The notes beneath the pieces were generated by a model. The model searched no databases. It worked only from the letters and a program-made list of their open reading frames with translations, and was not told where the DNA came from. Of a stretch of 64,000 nucleotides of DNA, positions 32,803-43,645 are shown in pieces (position 1 is the stretch's first letter; every line of letters begins with the position of its first letter). This DNA comes from an uncultured Methanosarcinaceae archaeon. GTDB taxonomy: Archaea; Halobacteriota; Methanosarcinia; Methanosarcinales; Methanosarcinaceae. The DNA is taken from assembly GCA_963733675.1 (NCBI GenBank), contig CAVTET010000001.1, forward strand, positions 1-64,000. Direction: 5' to 3'. Made by a program: the position numbers and the translations under genes.

Positions 32803-34296
32803 TCAATTCGGGGGCTCTCCTCTTTTCATCCTCTTCAAATACTTGTTCAATACCACTTCCGCAATAAGGGTAATCCCGTTAAGAGCTACACGGACGCCAG
32901 GTCCTGTGGTCATCCTCTCACTATAAAACCGGTGCAGAGCCTTCAGATGCCGAAGGTTGTACTCCAAGCAAAGTCCCACCAGCTCCCAGTGCTCAGGAAA
33001 AGCCTGATCCTTTCCAAAGCCGGTCGTGCCGCCAAGCCTCGTTTCAGCTATGGGGCTGAAGAATAGCGGCATCATCAAGCCGGTGTAATCCTTCAGCGAC
33101 TCCACGAGTTCAATGGTCTGCAGCACGTCCTCGACAGTCTCGCCAGGGAGGCCAAGCACAAGGCTGGCGACAGGAAGCCAGGACTCTTCTCCGAAAAGCC
33201 GATAACAATCTCTGACTATCTCGGGCCAGCTCTCTGGGTTTTTCGGCAAAGTTTTTCTTGGCATATGCATTTGAAGAATTCTGCAGCTTCCGGTCTCTAT
33301 CCCTATCCAGGCAGACATGTACCTCTGATCTCTGCCAACTCCTGCGATCCTGGACACTTCCCGAAGGAGGTCCTGATTTTGATGAATCGTGGCGAGGCTG
33401 AGATGGGATACATCCACCGTCCTCGGACCCAGCCGCTTAACCCCTCTGAACAGTTTCTTGACCTTTTCTCCATCGGGCTTGGTGCCTGGTGAGCCGTAGG
33501 TGAAGATGTCTTGGGAATGAAGAACCACGTCTCTTTGACCTGCCTTTAGATTCACCGTTACGTCATCGAGGATTCTATCCAAGGGTCTGTGACGGAGAGT
33601 GTGCATGGTCGGAGAGCAGAAGGAACACCCCCGCCAACAACCCCTGCCGACTTCCACGATCCCGGCAATGGTTGGGCCCCTGTTCACAGGTATGTCCCCT
33701 CCTGCCACAGCCGTTCCTCGAATTACCTTTGGAACCTCATCGCCGTTAATAATAGATCGGCAGATTCTAGGAAAATCGTCCTCTCCCTCGCCCAGGTAAA
33801 TATGGTCCACTGGGACATCCTCGCCCACCAGCTCCCAGGCTCCCATACCGCCGACTACCAGCCTTGGCATATGCTCTTTGATCAGTGGATGGTTTATCAG
33901 GGCCAGGAACTTGGACCTGTTATGAGGCTCACCCCGCCCGATCATCTCCTCGATCTCGCGTAAGGCGATTTTTCCGAGGGGATCATCGTGGGTTATTCCC
34001 ACGATCTCAGTTTCTGGGCCGATGGCCTTATCAAGGTGATCTGGATGGGCCACCATCACCTCGGACCGATCAAAACCGGCCTCTAAGAGGGCTGCCTCCA
34101 CTTTTCTCATGCCGCAGGGCGCGAGCAGGGCTGAGCCGTCCGAGGCTGCAGCCACGGGAGGGCAGAAGAGCAGCCGGAAGGCTAAATCTGGCATCACAGA
34201 CTTTGGCAGCGTCGCTGCAAACCCAAGAATCGCTCCCCCGTGATATGTGCTCATCATGGTGAGATCGCTTGTCAGAACGATTTTTTTGCCCTGTAT
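32803..34296 (-). CDS. B12-binding/radical SAM domain protein (GC-rich, likely foreign)
   Basis: APCGMRKVEAALL, VEVGRGCWRGCSFC (CxxxCxxC), GIETGS, LVLGLPGET; conserved KIVLTSD lies upstream of the first ATG, with ATA at 34296. Confidence 0.88.
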   Translation of the reverse strand: MQGKKIVLTSDLTMMSTYHGGAILGFAATLPKSVMPDLAFRLLFCPPVAAASDGSALLAPCGMRKVEAALLEAGFDRSEVMVAHPDHLDKAIGPETEIVGITHDDPLGKIALREIEEMIGRGEPHNRSKFLALINHPLIKEHMPRLVVGGMGAWELVGEDVPVDHIYLGEGEDDFPRICRSIINGDEVPKVIRGTAVAGGDIPVNRGPTIAGIVEVGRGCWRGCSFCSPTMHTLRHRPLDRILDDVTVNLKAGQRDVVLHSQDIFTYGSPGTKPDGEKVKKLFRGVKRLGPRTVDVSHLSLATIHQNQDLLREVSRIAGVGRDQRYMSAWIGIETGSCRILQMHMPRKTLPKNPESWPEIVRDCYRLFGEESWLPVASLVLGLPGETVEDVLQTIELVESLKDYTGLMMPLFFSPIAETRLGGTTGFGKDQAFPEHWELVGLCLEYNLRHLKALHRFYSERMTTGPGVRVALNGITLIAEVVLNKYLKRMKRGEPPN

Positions 34297-34940
34297 TCTA
34301 AAGCCACCTTTTTTATGTTTCTATTTCATGAAATCACTGATTGCTTTATAAAAACCATCATCTCAAAGATTAATATACGCATACCTCTCCGAGTGATCAT
34401 TTAAAAGTGGGGAAAATTAATAAATGCAACTTTCTGAATTATATACACTTATGACCATGTTTCTGTATTTAGAATTTATGATTTTTGGTAACAATTCAGC
34501 GTACAGCTAAAAAAAGTAATCAGTCAGGTATTGGCGGCTCTCCTTTAAGCGCCGCATAAAGCGAATCTATTACTGACATTGCTTTTTTCATTATTGTGGA
34601 AATGTACCCTCTATTTCTACAGAAAGCATCCACTCCTTGTGGTGTTCTAAAAGTTACTGAGATCTTTTGTTGAACCCTTACCATCCTCAGATTTCTTTCC
34701 GCTTTTCATCTGCTAACTTTTCCATTTTCCGAGTAAGAACTTCAAGATCATCTTTTTCAACAAAGGCAGTTACATTGTCGTCTAATCCTTTAGCTTCCTA
34801 GACAGTGCATGAACCAGAAAGATACTCTTTGCAAGTGTATCAAAGATCATCGGATTCAGTATCATATCCAGATAATTGGATTTTTTGAGGCTTAAACATC
34901 TCACAGGTTTTTGGAAGGACTGTATATCTTTCTGTTTTCT

Positions 34941-36182
34941 TTAAAAGGTAAAAGACTCTCCGTTTGAAGGTGCATAAGAATCCACGCCGATTTCCTCCAA
35001 AATCCACTGCGAGAAAACTTCAGTTTTGTCCCCATGCATTACAAAGACTCTGATTGTGTCTTTTTTGCAGAAATCTTTTACAAGCTTTTTGAGCTCACTG
35101 TCCCCACTGTGAGCGGAAAAGTCGTACTGCTCTATTTTGGGCTTGAGTGTAAGGACATCTCCTTTTGTTTCAATAATCCTATGCTCAAGAGCCAGCCGAC
35201 CATTTGTGCCTTCAACCTGGTAGCCGGTAAGTAGGATCTTTGATTTGGGATCTTTATACAGTCTGCTTAGATAATAAAGAGCTGGTCCTCCGTCCAGCAT
35301 TCCAGCTGTAGTGACAACAACTGAAGGTTCTTTAAGGACTAAATCCCTCTGCTGAACTTTCACGGAAATCGCATGTTTGAAAGCCCTGTCAAGAAGCTCG
35401 GGATTTCTCAGATATTCAGGGTATTTTTTAAGTATTTTGTAGACGTCCAGGCCCATCCCGTCCACATAAGCCGTGATTCCGTGTGCGTCAAGGAGCATCA
35501 GGACTTCCTGAGTCCGACCTATTGCAAAGGCAGGGATAAGGGCAGTGCCTCCTTTTTCCAGAGTATCTTGGACTGATTCGATAAACTTTTCTTCAGTTTC
35601 CTTTCGTGGAATATGGTCTTCCTCGAAATACGTGCTCTCGAGCACAAGCGTATCTGCTTCAGGAAATTCGGCTGCACCAGGTACAAGCCTTGTTTCTTTC
35701 AGGTTGAAATCTCCTGTATAAAACAGACTTTCTCCGTGTTCTGATTCCAGGTGGATTCCAGAAGCACCAGGGATATGACCTGCGTTGTAAAAGCAAACAC
35801 TGTATTCTTTTATTTTTAATGTATCTCCATAATCAATCTTTCGTGTCCTGCGGCCAAGTTGAAGGAGATCTTCAGGATCAAAAGGAGATACACCCGAAAG
35901 TGTAGTCTTTGCGAGTTTGAGGGTATCTCTTCCTAAAAGGTTGGTAAACTCTGCAGTCGGTGGGGTCATGTAGACCTCAGGATTCTGGTACATCAAGTTA
36001 GGCACTGCCCCACAGTGGTCAAGGTGTCCATGTGAAACAAGAACCGTCTTCGGTTCCATGTCGTTGAGAGGATATTTGGGTATGTTTCCTACTTTTATTC
36101 CGTAATCAAGCAGTATTTCCCCATTTACGAGTAAACCAGAACGTCCAACTTCCTTACATCCACCTTTAAAGGCCAGATCCAG
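34941..36182 (-). CDS. Beta-CASP metallo-beta-lactamase ribonuclease (archaeal CPSF-like)
   Basis: GGCKEVGRSG, LLDYG, SHGHLDHCG, AGHIPG, YTGDF, ESTY, DFSAH, VMHGD; in-frame CTG at 36182 behind AAGGAG. Confidence 0.92.
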   Translation of the reverse strand: MDLAFKGGCKEVGRSGLLVNGEILLDYGIKVGNIPKYPLNDMEPKTVLVSHGHLDHCGAVPNLMYQNPEVYMTPPTAEFTNLLGRDTLKLAKTTLSGVSPFDPEDLLQLGRRTRKIDYGDTLKIKEYSVCFYNAGHIPGASGIHLESEHGESLFYTGDFNLKETRLVPGAAEFPEADTLVLESTYFEEDHIPRKETEEKFIESVQDTLEKGGTALIPAFAIGRTQEVLMLLDAHGITAYVDGMGLDVYKILKKYPEYLRNPELLDRAFKHAISVKVQQRDLVLKEPSVVVTTAGMLDGGPALYYLSRLYKDPKSKILLTGYQVEGTNGRLALEHRIIETKGDVLTLKPKIEQYDFSAHSGDSELKKLVKDFCKKDTIRVFVMHGDKTEVFSQWILEEIGVDSYAPSNGESFTF

Positions 36183-37146
36183 AATAAAAACTCCTTAACT
36201 TTATATTATAAAACCAATATTCAACAGATGTACAGAAATGTAAAATCTGTTTCCTATTTACCTACTAGTAGTCATTGGGAGTTAGATTGATTTTTAAGCT
36301 ACTTTCATGTTGAGAAACTAGATGGTATTTTTGTGTACATCTGCTGAGGATGTGACTTTAAGCTGCCTTATACTATAGAGTTGGACTTATGCCATGCAAA
36401 TAATTGTGCCTATAAATAAGATATCACATGATTTTTTTGCATTAAATATCGCAAAAATTTTCTTTGAGACAATGGTATCATTAACTATTTGAAATATATA
36501 TTCTTTTGAATTGGTAAAAGACACTGTTTTGAGTTGATGTAATCTGTGATGATGGCGATCAAGTTTATCTTTTCGTTGGAGTTGAAATAAAATATTATCC
36601 TTCAAGAATGGTGTAGGTTATAAACGAAACCAGGAAGAAAAAGAAACATATAAGCAAATGAAAATACTTTTTTTAAATAATTTCTTAATATCAGAGAGTG
36701 ACGTGAACATACTCATTTATTTTCAGAAAGTTGTGAGATCACAAGTATAATATAACTGTATGGTATGATCATTTTTTTGCTTTCTTTCGGTCAGTAATCA
36801 AAAGCATCTATTGCATCAAAATAGATATCATCTCACTTATTTTTGGTAGGCTTAATCGTTACCAAAAGCTAAACAATTATTCAAGCAGGATAGGATTAAA
36901 ATAATCTTAAATTATAAAAACAAAGAATGAATATTAAATAATAGATCCAGTAATATGAATCTTGGACAGGAAAATTAAAGAGATATTGAAGTTAATGTAG
37001 ACAGAAGATTATTTCAATGAACCTACGATTTCAGCAGATTGTGTATATAGGCTTTAAATATACCCAGCCCAAAACTTGGGTTTATCTAAATCCTCCGACG
37101 ATTAAGAATATCTTGGGATTAATAATTTGACACAGGAGTGCAGTTA

Positions 37147-38070
37147 ATGGTTAAAATTTCAGTGATTGGTGCAGGAAACGTAGGAGCAACTACGGTCCAG
37201 CGACTAGCTGAGCTTGAACTTGGTGAAATTGTCATGATGGATGTTGTAGATGGATTGCCACAGGGAAAAGCTCTTGACCTAATGCAAGCAGGGGCGATAA
37301 AAGATTATGATACCCAAATATTGGGAAGTAATGATTACTCAAACATTGAAAACTCTGATCTTGTAATAGTTACAGCCGGAATTGCCAGAAAGCCTGGAAT
37401 GAGTCGAGATGATTTGATTAAAACAAACTCCAAGATAGTTGCGGAGATATCTAAAAATATTGCTAAGTATGCTCCCAAATCTATAGTAATAAATGTTACA
37501 AATCCACTTGATATTATGACCTATGTAGCAATGAAATCAACAGGATTTGAGGCAACAAAAGTATTCGGAATGAGTGGGGTTCTGGATGCTGGACGTTTTG
37601 CAAGTTTTATTGCAGAAGAACTTGAGTGTTCGAAAAAGGACGTACATGCAATGGTTATAGGGGGTCACGGTGATCTTATGATACCTCTTCCAAAATATTC
37701 TGCTGTATCGGGAATTCCACTCATAGACCTACTCCCAGGTGATAAGATTTCCAGGCTGGTAGAGAGAACAGTAGATGGTGGAGCCGAAATTGTGGAACTC
37801 CTCAGACAGGGAAGTGCTTTTTATGCCCCCTCTTCAGCTATCGTGTCTATGACTGAATCTGTTATTAAAGACTCAAAGAGAGTGCTTCCAGCGTGTGCTT
37901 ATCTGGAAGGGCAATATGGCCAGGAGGGGATTTACTTTGGAGTACCCGTTAAGCTTGGAGCTTCTGGGGTCGAAGAAATTTTTGAACTCAAACTAGATCA
38001 AGGCCAATATGAAATTCTCAGAAAATCATCAGAAGCTATTCGAAAGATAATTTCACAGATGGAAGCATAA
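37147..38070 (+). CDS. mdh: Malate dehydrogenase (LDH-like)
   Basis: IGAGNVG, TAGIARKPGMSRDDL, TNPLD, LDAGRF, GGHGD, GSAFYAP. Confidence 0.95.
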   Translation: MVKISVIGAGNVGATTVQRLAELELGEIVMMDVVDGLPQGKALDLMQAGAIKDYDTQILGSNDYSNIENSDLVIVTAGIARKPGMSRDDLIKTNSKIVAEISKNIAKYAPKSIVINVTNPLDIMTYVAMKSTGFEATKVFGMSGVLDAGRFASFIAEELECSKKDVHAMVIGGHGDLMIPLPKYSAVSGIPLIDLLPGDKISRLVERTVDGGAEIVELLRQGSAFYAPSSAIVSMTESVIKDSKRVLPACAYLEGQYGQEGIYFGVPVKLGASGVEEIFELKLDQGQYEILRKSSEAIRKIISQMEA

Positions 38071-38329
38071 TAGATTTACTTGATGCAAAGAAAACATGGG
38101 AGATTGAAAAGAAAAATTATGCACCTTCAGTCCATCAGAAATCAATTGGCGGATGTCTATTTTGATGTAATATGATACTTTGATTACTAAATGATTGACA
38201 GCTTAAAAACATTATCCATTACCCACAGTTACCGAAAATAAGCCAACCGAAATTTGTTCAATCAATCTTAGTAAAGCTAATTGTTGGTATTGTTCTGCCT
38301 AGGATGAATCTTCACTAAAAGTTAATACC

Positions 38330-38770
38330 TAATTGCATGCGCCCACTCACCTAAAAGGATGTTAGATGCTTCAGGATGCCAGATCAGTTCGTCAAAATTC
38401 AGAAATTCTAGATTTTTGTTTTAACAGTTTTTTTAATTTAGGGAATTTTAACTCGGCTTTCAGCTTCCTATCAGATTCCTGAATATGGTGTTTTATTGTT
38501 TAAGCTGCCATGTTTCCAATCGATAGATAAAGCTTGCCACTTGGCCATAGTCTCTCATCAAAATATTGTTATTTTAATTCAGGACTAAGCTTGAGAAATC
38601 TGTAAGACCTACCTCCTTTCAGGTGTCTAACAATCTCCAATTATAGAGTTACTTGGATGGAATTTCAGGAATAATTGAACTTGATCTTCTACTACTTCCA
38701 TAACATGAATTTTATAGCCTTGCTCGGTGCAAATAGTGGTAAATATAGATACTAAATCCTTTTTAATTCA
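38330..38770 (-). mobile_element. tnpA: IS200/IS605 tnpA remnant with right end
   Basis: YKIHVMEVVEDQVQLFLKFHPS (degenerate HUH), IVRHLKGGRSYRF, LWPSGK, TIKHHIQES; many stops. Confidence 0.78.
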
Positions 38771-38777
38771 CTTATTG

Positions 38778-38870
38778 TAGAAGATTTCGATAGACCTCTG
38801 ATTTTCACGAATAATTTATATCTTATTTATAAACATATGACCAAATTTAAGAATTTATCGAGATTCTCTA
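38778..38870. mobile_element. ~93-bp MITE with IS5-like ends, copy 2
   Basis: TAGAAGATTTCGATAG ... TTTATCGAGATTCTCTA. Confidence 0.7.
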
Positions 38871-39101
38871 ATGTTATAATATTTAAACTCTCCAATGCTC
38901 AAATGCTTAGATGTTTATCTAAATTCTCTTAATTTAGTTTAGTCATGGCTCTCTAATTAGGATGTATCTAGCTAGAATATACTTATATAAATAAGATTTT
39001 AATAACAAGAGAACTTTTAATACAGCATTGTGATCATATCAGGTTGATTATTTTTAAATTATTTCTTTTCAGGTTAACAAGTCAAAGGTAGTGTTATATA
39101 C

Positions 39102-39428
39102 ATGAGAGAATCAGTCAGAAAACTTGGGCTCATAGGAGTTGGCCTCTGGGCAATGACCGAAGAAAAAATAGATGAAATGGTAAAGGATCTGGTAGATAAA
39201 GGAACCATCAGTAGGGAAGAGGGCAAAAAAGTTATTCAGGATGTGCTTGAAGAAAGCAAAAAACAGAAGGTTGATCTTGAAAGAAAAATTTCTGACAAAA
39301 TTCAGGACGCGATCTCAAAGAAAGACATGTTTACTAGAAGAGATATGCATGAACTTCAATCAAGAATAAAAATACTTGAAGACGAGATTCAGAGAATGAA
39401 AAATAAAGAAAAGATATTTTTTAAATGA
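39102..39428 (+). CDS. Phasin-like / PHA-synthesis-regulator-type hypothetical protein
   Basis: KLGLIGVGLWAMTEEKIDEMVKDLVDKGTISREEGKK...TRRDMHELQSRIKILE. Confidence 0.8.
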   Translation: MRESVRKLGLIGVGLWAMTEEKIDEMVKDLVDKGTISREEGKKVIQDVLEESKKQKVDLERKISDKIQDAISKKDMFTRRDMHELQSRIKILEDEIQRMKNKEKIFFK

Positions 39429-39489
39429 AAATAATCTAGTTTATCGAGTTTCCACTTCCTTTACATTTCACATTTCGTCAAGTACTATA

Positions 39490-39543
39490 ATTTCATTAAG
39501 GTTTGCAGCTTCAAGTATTTCATTAAGGTTTGCAGCTTCAAGT
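39490..39543. repeat. 27-bp perfect tandem duplication ATTTCATTAAGGTTTGCAGCTTCAAGT x2
   Basis: Seen directly. Confidence 0.85.
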
Positions 39544-40457
39544 AGATTCTGTAGATATCTCATATCAGAATCAAGCTCCTAAATTTCTCTTGCGTGAGGC
39601 GCACTTCCAAATATTCAGATAATGAATCAATCAATTCTATGGTATCATTTGAGCCTTCATTAATTTTTTTCCTTTAGACGTATAATTCTTGATAACCCCT
39701 GATCTTGCAAATCAGATGATTGAAACTAATCGTGTTAGCAAGTGAGTAAATTTGATCATCTTCTACGATCATAAATTTAATTATTTTTAGTGAAATTTCC
39801 AGTTTTAGATCATTTACTGCAGTTTGCTAATCCTTCCTAAGAGACATTGTCTCAGTTTATGAAGTTCCACTTGTAATATCATGAACTATTCTTTGTACTA
39901 TTCCAGTACTTCACAAAATGGCTCAGATAAATTCTAACCTGTGCCATTCTTCCATTTTGGTACAGAAAACTGGGTTAATTTCCCATTTTTGCTTTGAACT
40001 TTTTCCTTTTTTCACATTTTATTGACACAATTATCTACTCTCTCAATATATTCTTCCTTATTTATTATAGCATTAGATGCGTAAAAGATGATATTGAAAC
40101 GAAAATAGTATATCTAGTAAAAAGGACACCCTACATATGGAAATCTAAAATATGATAGGTCATATGATCTTACTCTATAGCGTGTAAACCATACTTTTAT
40201 TTAAATTTCTTTTTTACTTTTTAATCCAAACTGCACACTGCATTTGCTCAGCATTCCACAGCACTTTTGAGTTTTTCTATTCGTCTATTTTTTGATAGTG
40301 CCCCATGTACCATTTATGGATTAAATTCTGAGAATATGCAATCATAAGAGACTAAATCAAGTATTGACTTTGCAAAAACTGAGAAGAAATGTAATATATT
40401 TATATAAATATTATTTTCTTTATATATTAAAAACAAAATTTGAAATGAATCAATTAA

Positions 40458-40905
40458 ATGAATCAAAAGAAATCAATAAATAGAGGGTTGATTTACATAG
40501 TTTTTTGTTTGCTAGGATTTAATCTAGTAGGGATAGCAACTGCCGACGATAGCGGGGTTTATTATTGGGATTGGACATGGCATTCTACAGATCACATTGG
40601 GACTATTTACAAAGCTTCCGCTGGATATACCTATATGATTGTGGATTTATATCTGAAAAATGATGCAGATACTTCAATATCGACACTCCCTATTTTGTGG
40701 AAGTTGACCATTGATAAAATTCAGTACGATTATGATGGAACAATCTCTGATCCTTCTATATACTACAGCCGTGGATGTAATTAAAGGAGGAGAACTCGAG
40801 ACAAAAATAGTATATAAAGTTAAAGGGAATCCTACAAGTTATAGTTTACTTGCACTCAGCCCATGGCTTATACTTTTCCTTCACAACCATTACAGGAACT
40901 TTTGA
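40458..40905 (+). pseudogene. Secreted DUF4352-like (Ig-like) protein, frameshifted near 40760
   Basis: Signal peptide; GYTYMIVDLYLKN in frame 1, continuing as VDVIKGGELETKIVYKV in frame 2. Confidence 0.6.
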
Positions 40906-41337
40906 GTGATGGAGGAGATTTTCTGTTACGCTACCTAGAAGAAATCTATCTATTCCTGACTTTCCGAGAGTACCCATAATAACAATATCCATTTTATTCT
41001 CTTCAGCGTACCTGATCAGCTCTTCTGATGGATTTCCTTCAAGCAGGACAGATTCTACATTAACTCCTTTAATCTTTCCTAAATCTTTTACATGATTTAC
41101 AGCTTGCTGCCCATGTTTTTGAAAAGCCTCCTGTATCGACTCCCAATAAGGATTCATACCAACAGAAGGATAGGCACTTCCATCCATAGCAGATAAGTAA
41201 GCTTTTGACAATACATGAACTGCATAAACCGTTCCTCCACTCAATCTAGCAAACGCTATACCTTTGTCGGCAGCCAACTCGGAGCAGGCTGAACCGTCGG
41301 TAGCAATCATTATTTTCTTAAAACTAACAATTCCCAT
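40846..41337 (-). CDS. Universal stress protein
   Basis: KKIMIATDGS, EGNPSEELI, DIVIMGTLGKSG, LLGSVTE. Confidence 0.95.
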   Translation of the reverse strand: MGIVSFKKIMIATDGSACSELAADKGIAFARLSGGTVYAVHVLSKAYLSAMDGSAYPSVGMNPYWESIQEAFQKHGQQAVNHVKDLGKIKGVNVESVLLEGNPSEELIRYAEENKMDIVIMGTLGKSGIDRFLLGSVTENLLHHSKVPVMVVKEKYKPWAECK

Positions 41338-41579
41338 GTGAAACCCTCAATTACATTATAAATGAAAGAAATATAATAGCATTGCATTCGTGAAGTAACA
41401 AAGCCATGGAACTTTTTGATTTGATAACTTTTTGAGATTTATAATTTTGCAGAAAATTTGCGAGAAGGCCATTAAATCGATTAAGGATTTTGATGATGGA
41501 CTTTTTCATGGTTGTCAGCTTCCTAAACCAGCCTATTTTGATCAATAGAAGGGTAAAAATCTATACATATTTCTTTTCC

Positions 41580-42071
41580 CTATTCGACCGTTTCTCCCCT
41601 TACAACGAGGACTGCTTTTTTTGAGTGTCTAACCACATTTTCGGCTACACTCCCGAGTAGGAACCTCTTTATCCCAGTTTTTCCAAGTGTACCCATAACG
41701 ATAAGATCAATGTCGTTTTTTTCTGCAAAGTTGACAATCTCATCAGCAGGGTTTCCTTCAAGAATTACGGGTTCGACTGCAACATTTGCAATTTTTCCGG
41801 AATTCTCTACATAAGCCGTAGCTTCCTTACCTTGTGTTGTAAGATGCTCTTTAATTTCCTTTTTCCATTCTGCAGCTCTGGGCTCATTTTGAGTTATCGA
41901 AGCTCTGGGCTCATTTTGAGTTATCGAAAAATCCCCCGGAGCAATTACATGTACAACATATAGCTTTGCATCATTTAGCTTTGTAATTTCAATTGCTGAA
42001 TCAACTGCTTTTCTTGTTAGTTCTGAACCATCAGTTGCAACCATTATCTTCCTGAAAATACTACTATTCAT
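41580..42071 (-). CDS. Universal stress protein with in-frame 9-aa duplication
   Basis: KIMVATDGS, EGNPADEIV, MGTLGKTG, LLGSVAE; SITQNEPRA x2. Confidence 0.95.
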   Translation of the reverse strand: MNSSIFRKIMVATDGSELTRKAVDSAIEITKLNDAKLYVVHVIAPGDFSITQNEPRASITQNEPRAAEWKKEIKEHLTTQGKEATAYVENSGKIANVAVEPVILEGNPADEIVNFAEKNDIDLIVMGTLGKTGIKRFLLGSVAENVVRHSKKAVLVVRGETVE

Positions 42072-42181
42072 ACCTAACTCCTCTTTTTTCCTTTCCGTTT
42101 TTCCATATTATTTATGGGATAATCCTCCTTATATATAAGTTGGTCTTTATAAACATCTAAATTGATTTTGTTCCTAAATAA

Positions 42182-42270
42182 TAGAGAATTCCGATTTATC
42201 TCTAATTTTTTTCTTCGCTAGAATCTTGTCCGAATCTTTCTCGCTAATTTATGTATTTGACCAAATTTTT
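42182..42270 (-). mobile_element. Isolated IS5 right-end fragment
   Basis: Reverse complement matches the 9520-9597 and 50460-50537 ends (AAATTAGCGAGAAAGATT...GAATTCTCTA); a shorter piece lies at 54737-54765. Confidence 0.7.
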
Positions 42271-42399
42271 ATCTTCCTTCAATTTAAGCCTTTATTCCAT
42301 GCAGAGCTTTAAGTTGAAAGCTCTGCATCTTCCCTCCTCTTATGAAGGTCAGCCACCGGTCGAAAAGGTATTTTTCTAGCCATGTACCTTCTTCATCAT

Positions 42400-42745
42400 G
42401 GTTTATGATTGTATTTCATGCTCTGTAGTTGCAACGGCATATACTTCATTTACCACTGATGTTGTGGTCAGTCACACTTCAACGATCCGACCGTCCTTGG
42501 CACAAGTCGCTTAGTGCGGTAAGGTTCCAGGCCTCAGCGTGAATAAGCTTCTTTAGTTTGGCCAACTCTTACTATCTATGGCACTCAGGGACTAGGTTGC
42601 TAATGTTCATTTTCAGTGCCTCAGCTTCACTCCAGCCGTATATACGCTCAGCCATCGGATTTCAGGCAATGATTTGGCCCTCCAAATTCTCAAAGTAATA
42701 GCTTCACTAGAGTCGTTACCAATATAGTCAGGCGGCGTAGAGACT
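42400..42745 (-). pseudogene. PAS-domain remnant (signal-transduction protein), cut off at the IS6 end
   Basis: DSSEAIT, LEGQIIA*NPMAERIYGWSEAEALKMNI, KDGRIVEV. Confidence 0.75.
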
Positions 42746-42753
42746 CAAAATTC

Positions 42754-43606
42754 GGTTCCGTTGCAAAAAATTCAAAAAAATATGTAAATCTATAAGTAAT
42801 GAATAAAAATCAAAATATTCGAGGAAAATGTACTAACATATAATACTATACCAATCAATTGATTAATGTATTTGACTTCATTAAAAACAAAGTAATTTAG
42901 ATCATTTAGTTGTCCTTTTTTGATCATATTCATAGCTCCAATTCCTTTTAAAGTCTTATTAGCAGATTGAAAAGACTGAAATCCTAACATTGGATTAACG
43001 ATTCTCTTTATAGATCTGTGATCTTGTTCTATAATGTTATTCAAATACTTGATTTGTCGAATGCCTACGTTTTTAGGTAGTATTTTATCATTTTTCAGTT
43101 TACCTATAGCAGGTGGATAAGCTGGATTCTTATCAACTGTTATTACTCTTGGAATTTGATTATGATTAGAACTCAAAGCTTTCTTAAAAAATATCTTCGC
43201 TGCATTTCGATTTCGTTTTGCACTTAACATGAAATCAATTGTATCTCCATTTGAGTCAACTGCTCGGTAAAGATATTTCCATTTACCTTTTATTTTGATA
43301 CAGGTTTCATCAACTTTCCACGAATCATTGTTGATCTTAAATGTCTTCTGATCTTCTTTTCTATTTCAGGGGAATATTGATATACCCATCTCACGATTGT
43401 TGTATGGTCGACTTTTGCTCCCCTTTCTATCATCATTTCCTTTAAATTTCTATAACTTAATGGATATTTTAAGTACCATCTTACATTTAATAGGATAATT
43501 TCTCCTTCATAATGCTTCCATTTAAAGGAATTAGATAGCATATTACTATCTTTGATTTTCTTTTTATTTTATTGTATCATTAGAAAGGATTTTTTGCAAC
43601 GGAATC
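42754..43606 (-). mobile_element. IS6-family element, transposase split by a 1-nt frameshift near 43330
   Basis: 17-bp IR GGTTCCGTTGCAAAAAA / TTTTTTGCAACGGAATC; FKWKHYEGEIILLNVRWYLKYPLSYR, WKVDET, YLYRAVD, TVDKNPAY, NNIIEQDHR. Confidence 0.93.
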
Positions 43607-43645
43607 AAATTTGTTGTCGTTATTTAGGGAAATATATATGCCTGA

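Noticed and set aside
34580-34920. Stop-interrupted minus-strand frame downstream of the beta-CASP gene (similar scraps at ~39440-40020, ~51000-51660, ~63700-64000)
   Set aside because: Probably pseudogenes, but I cannot recognise the families
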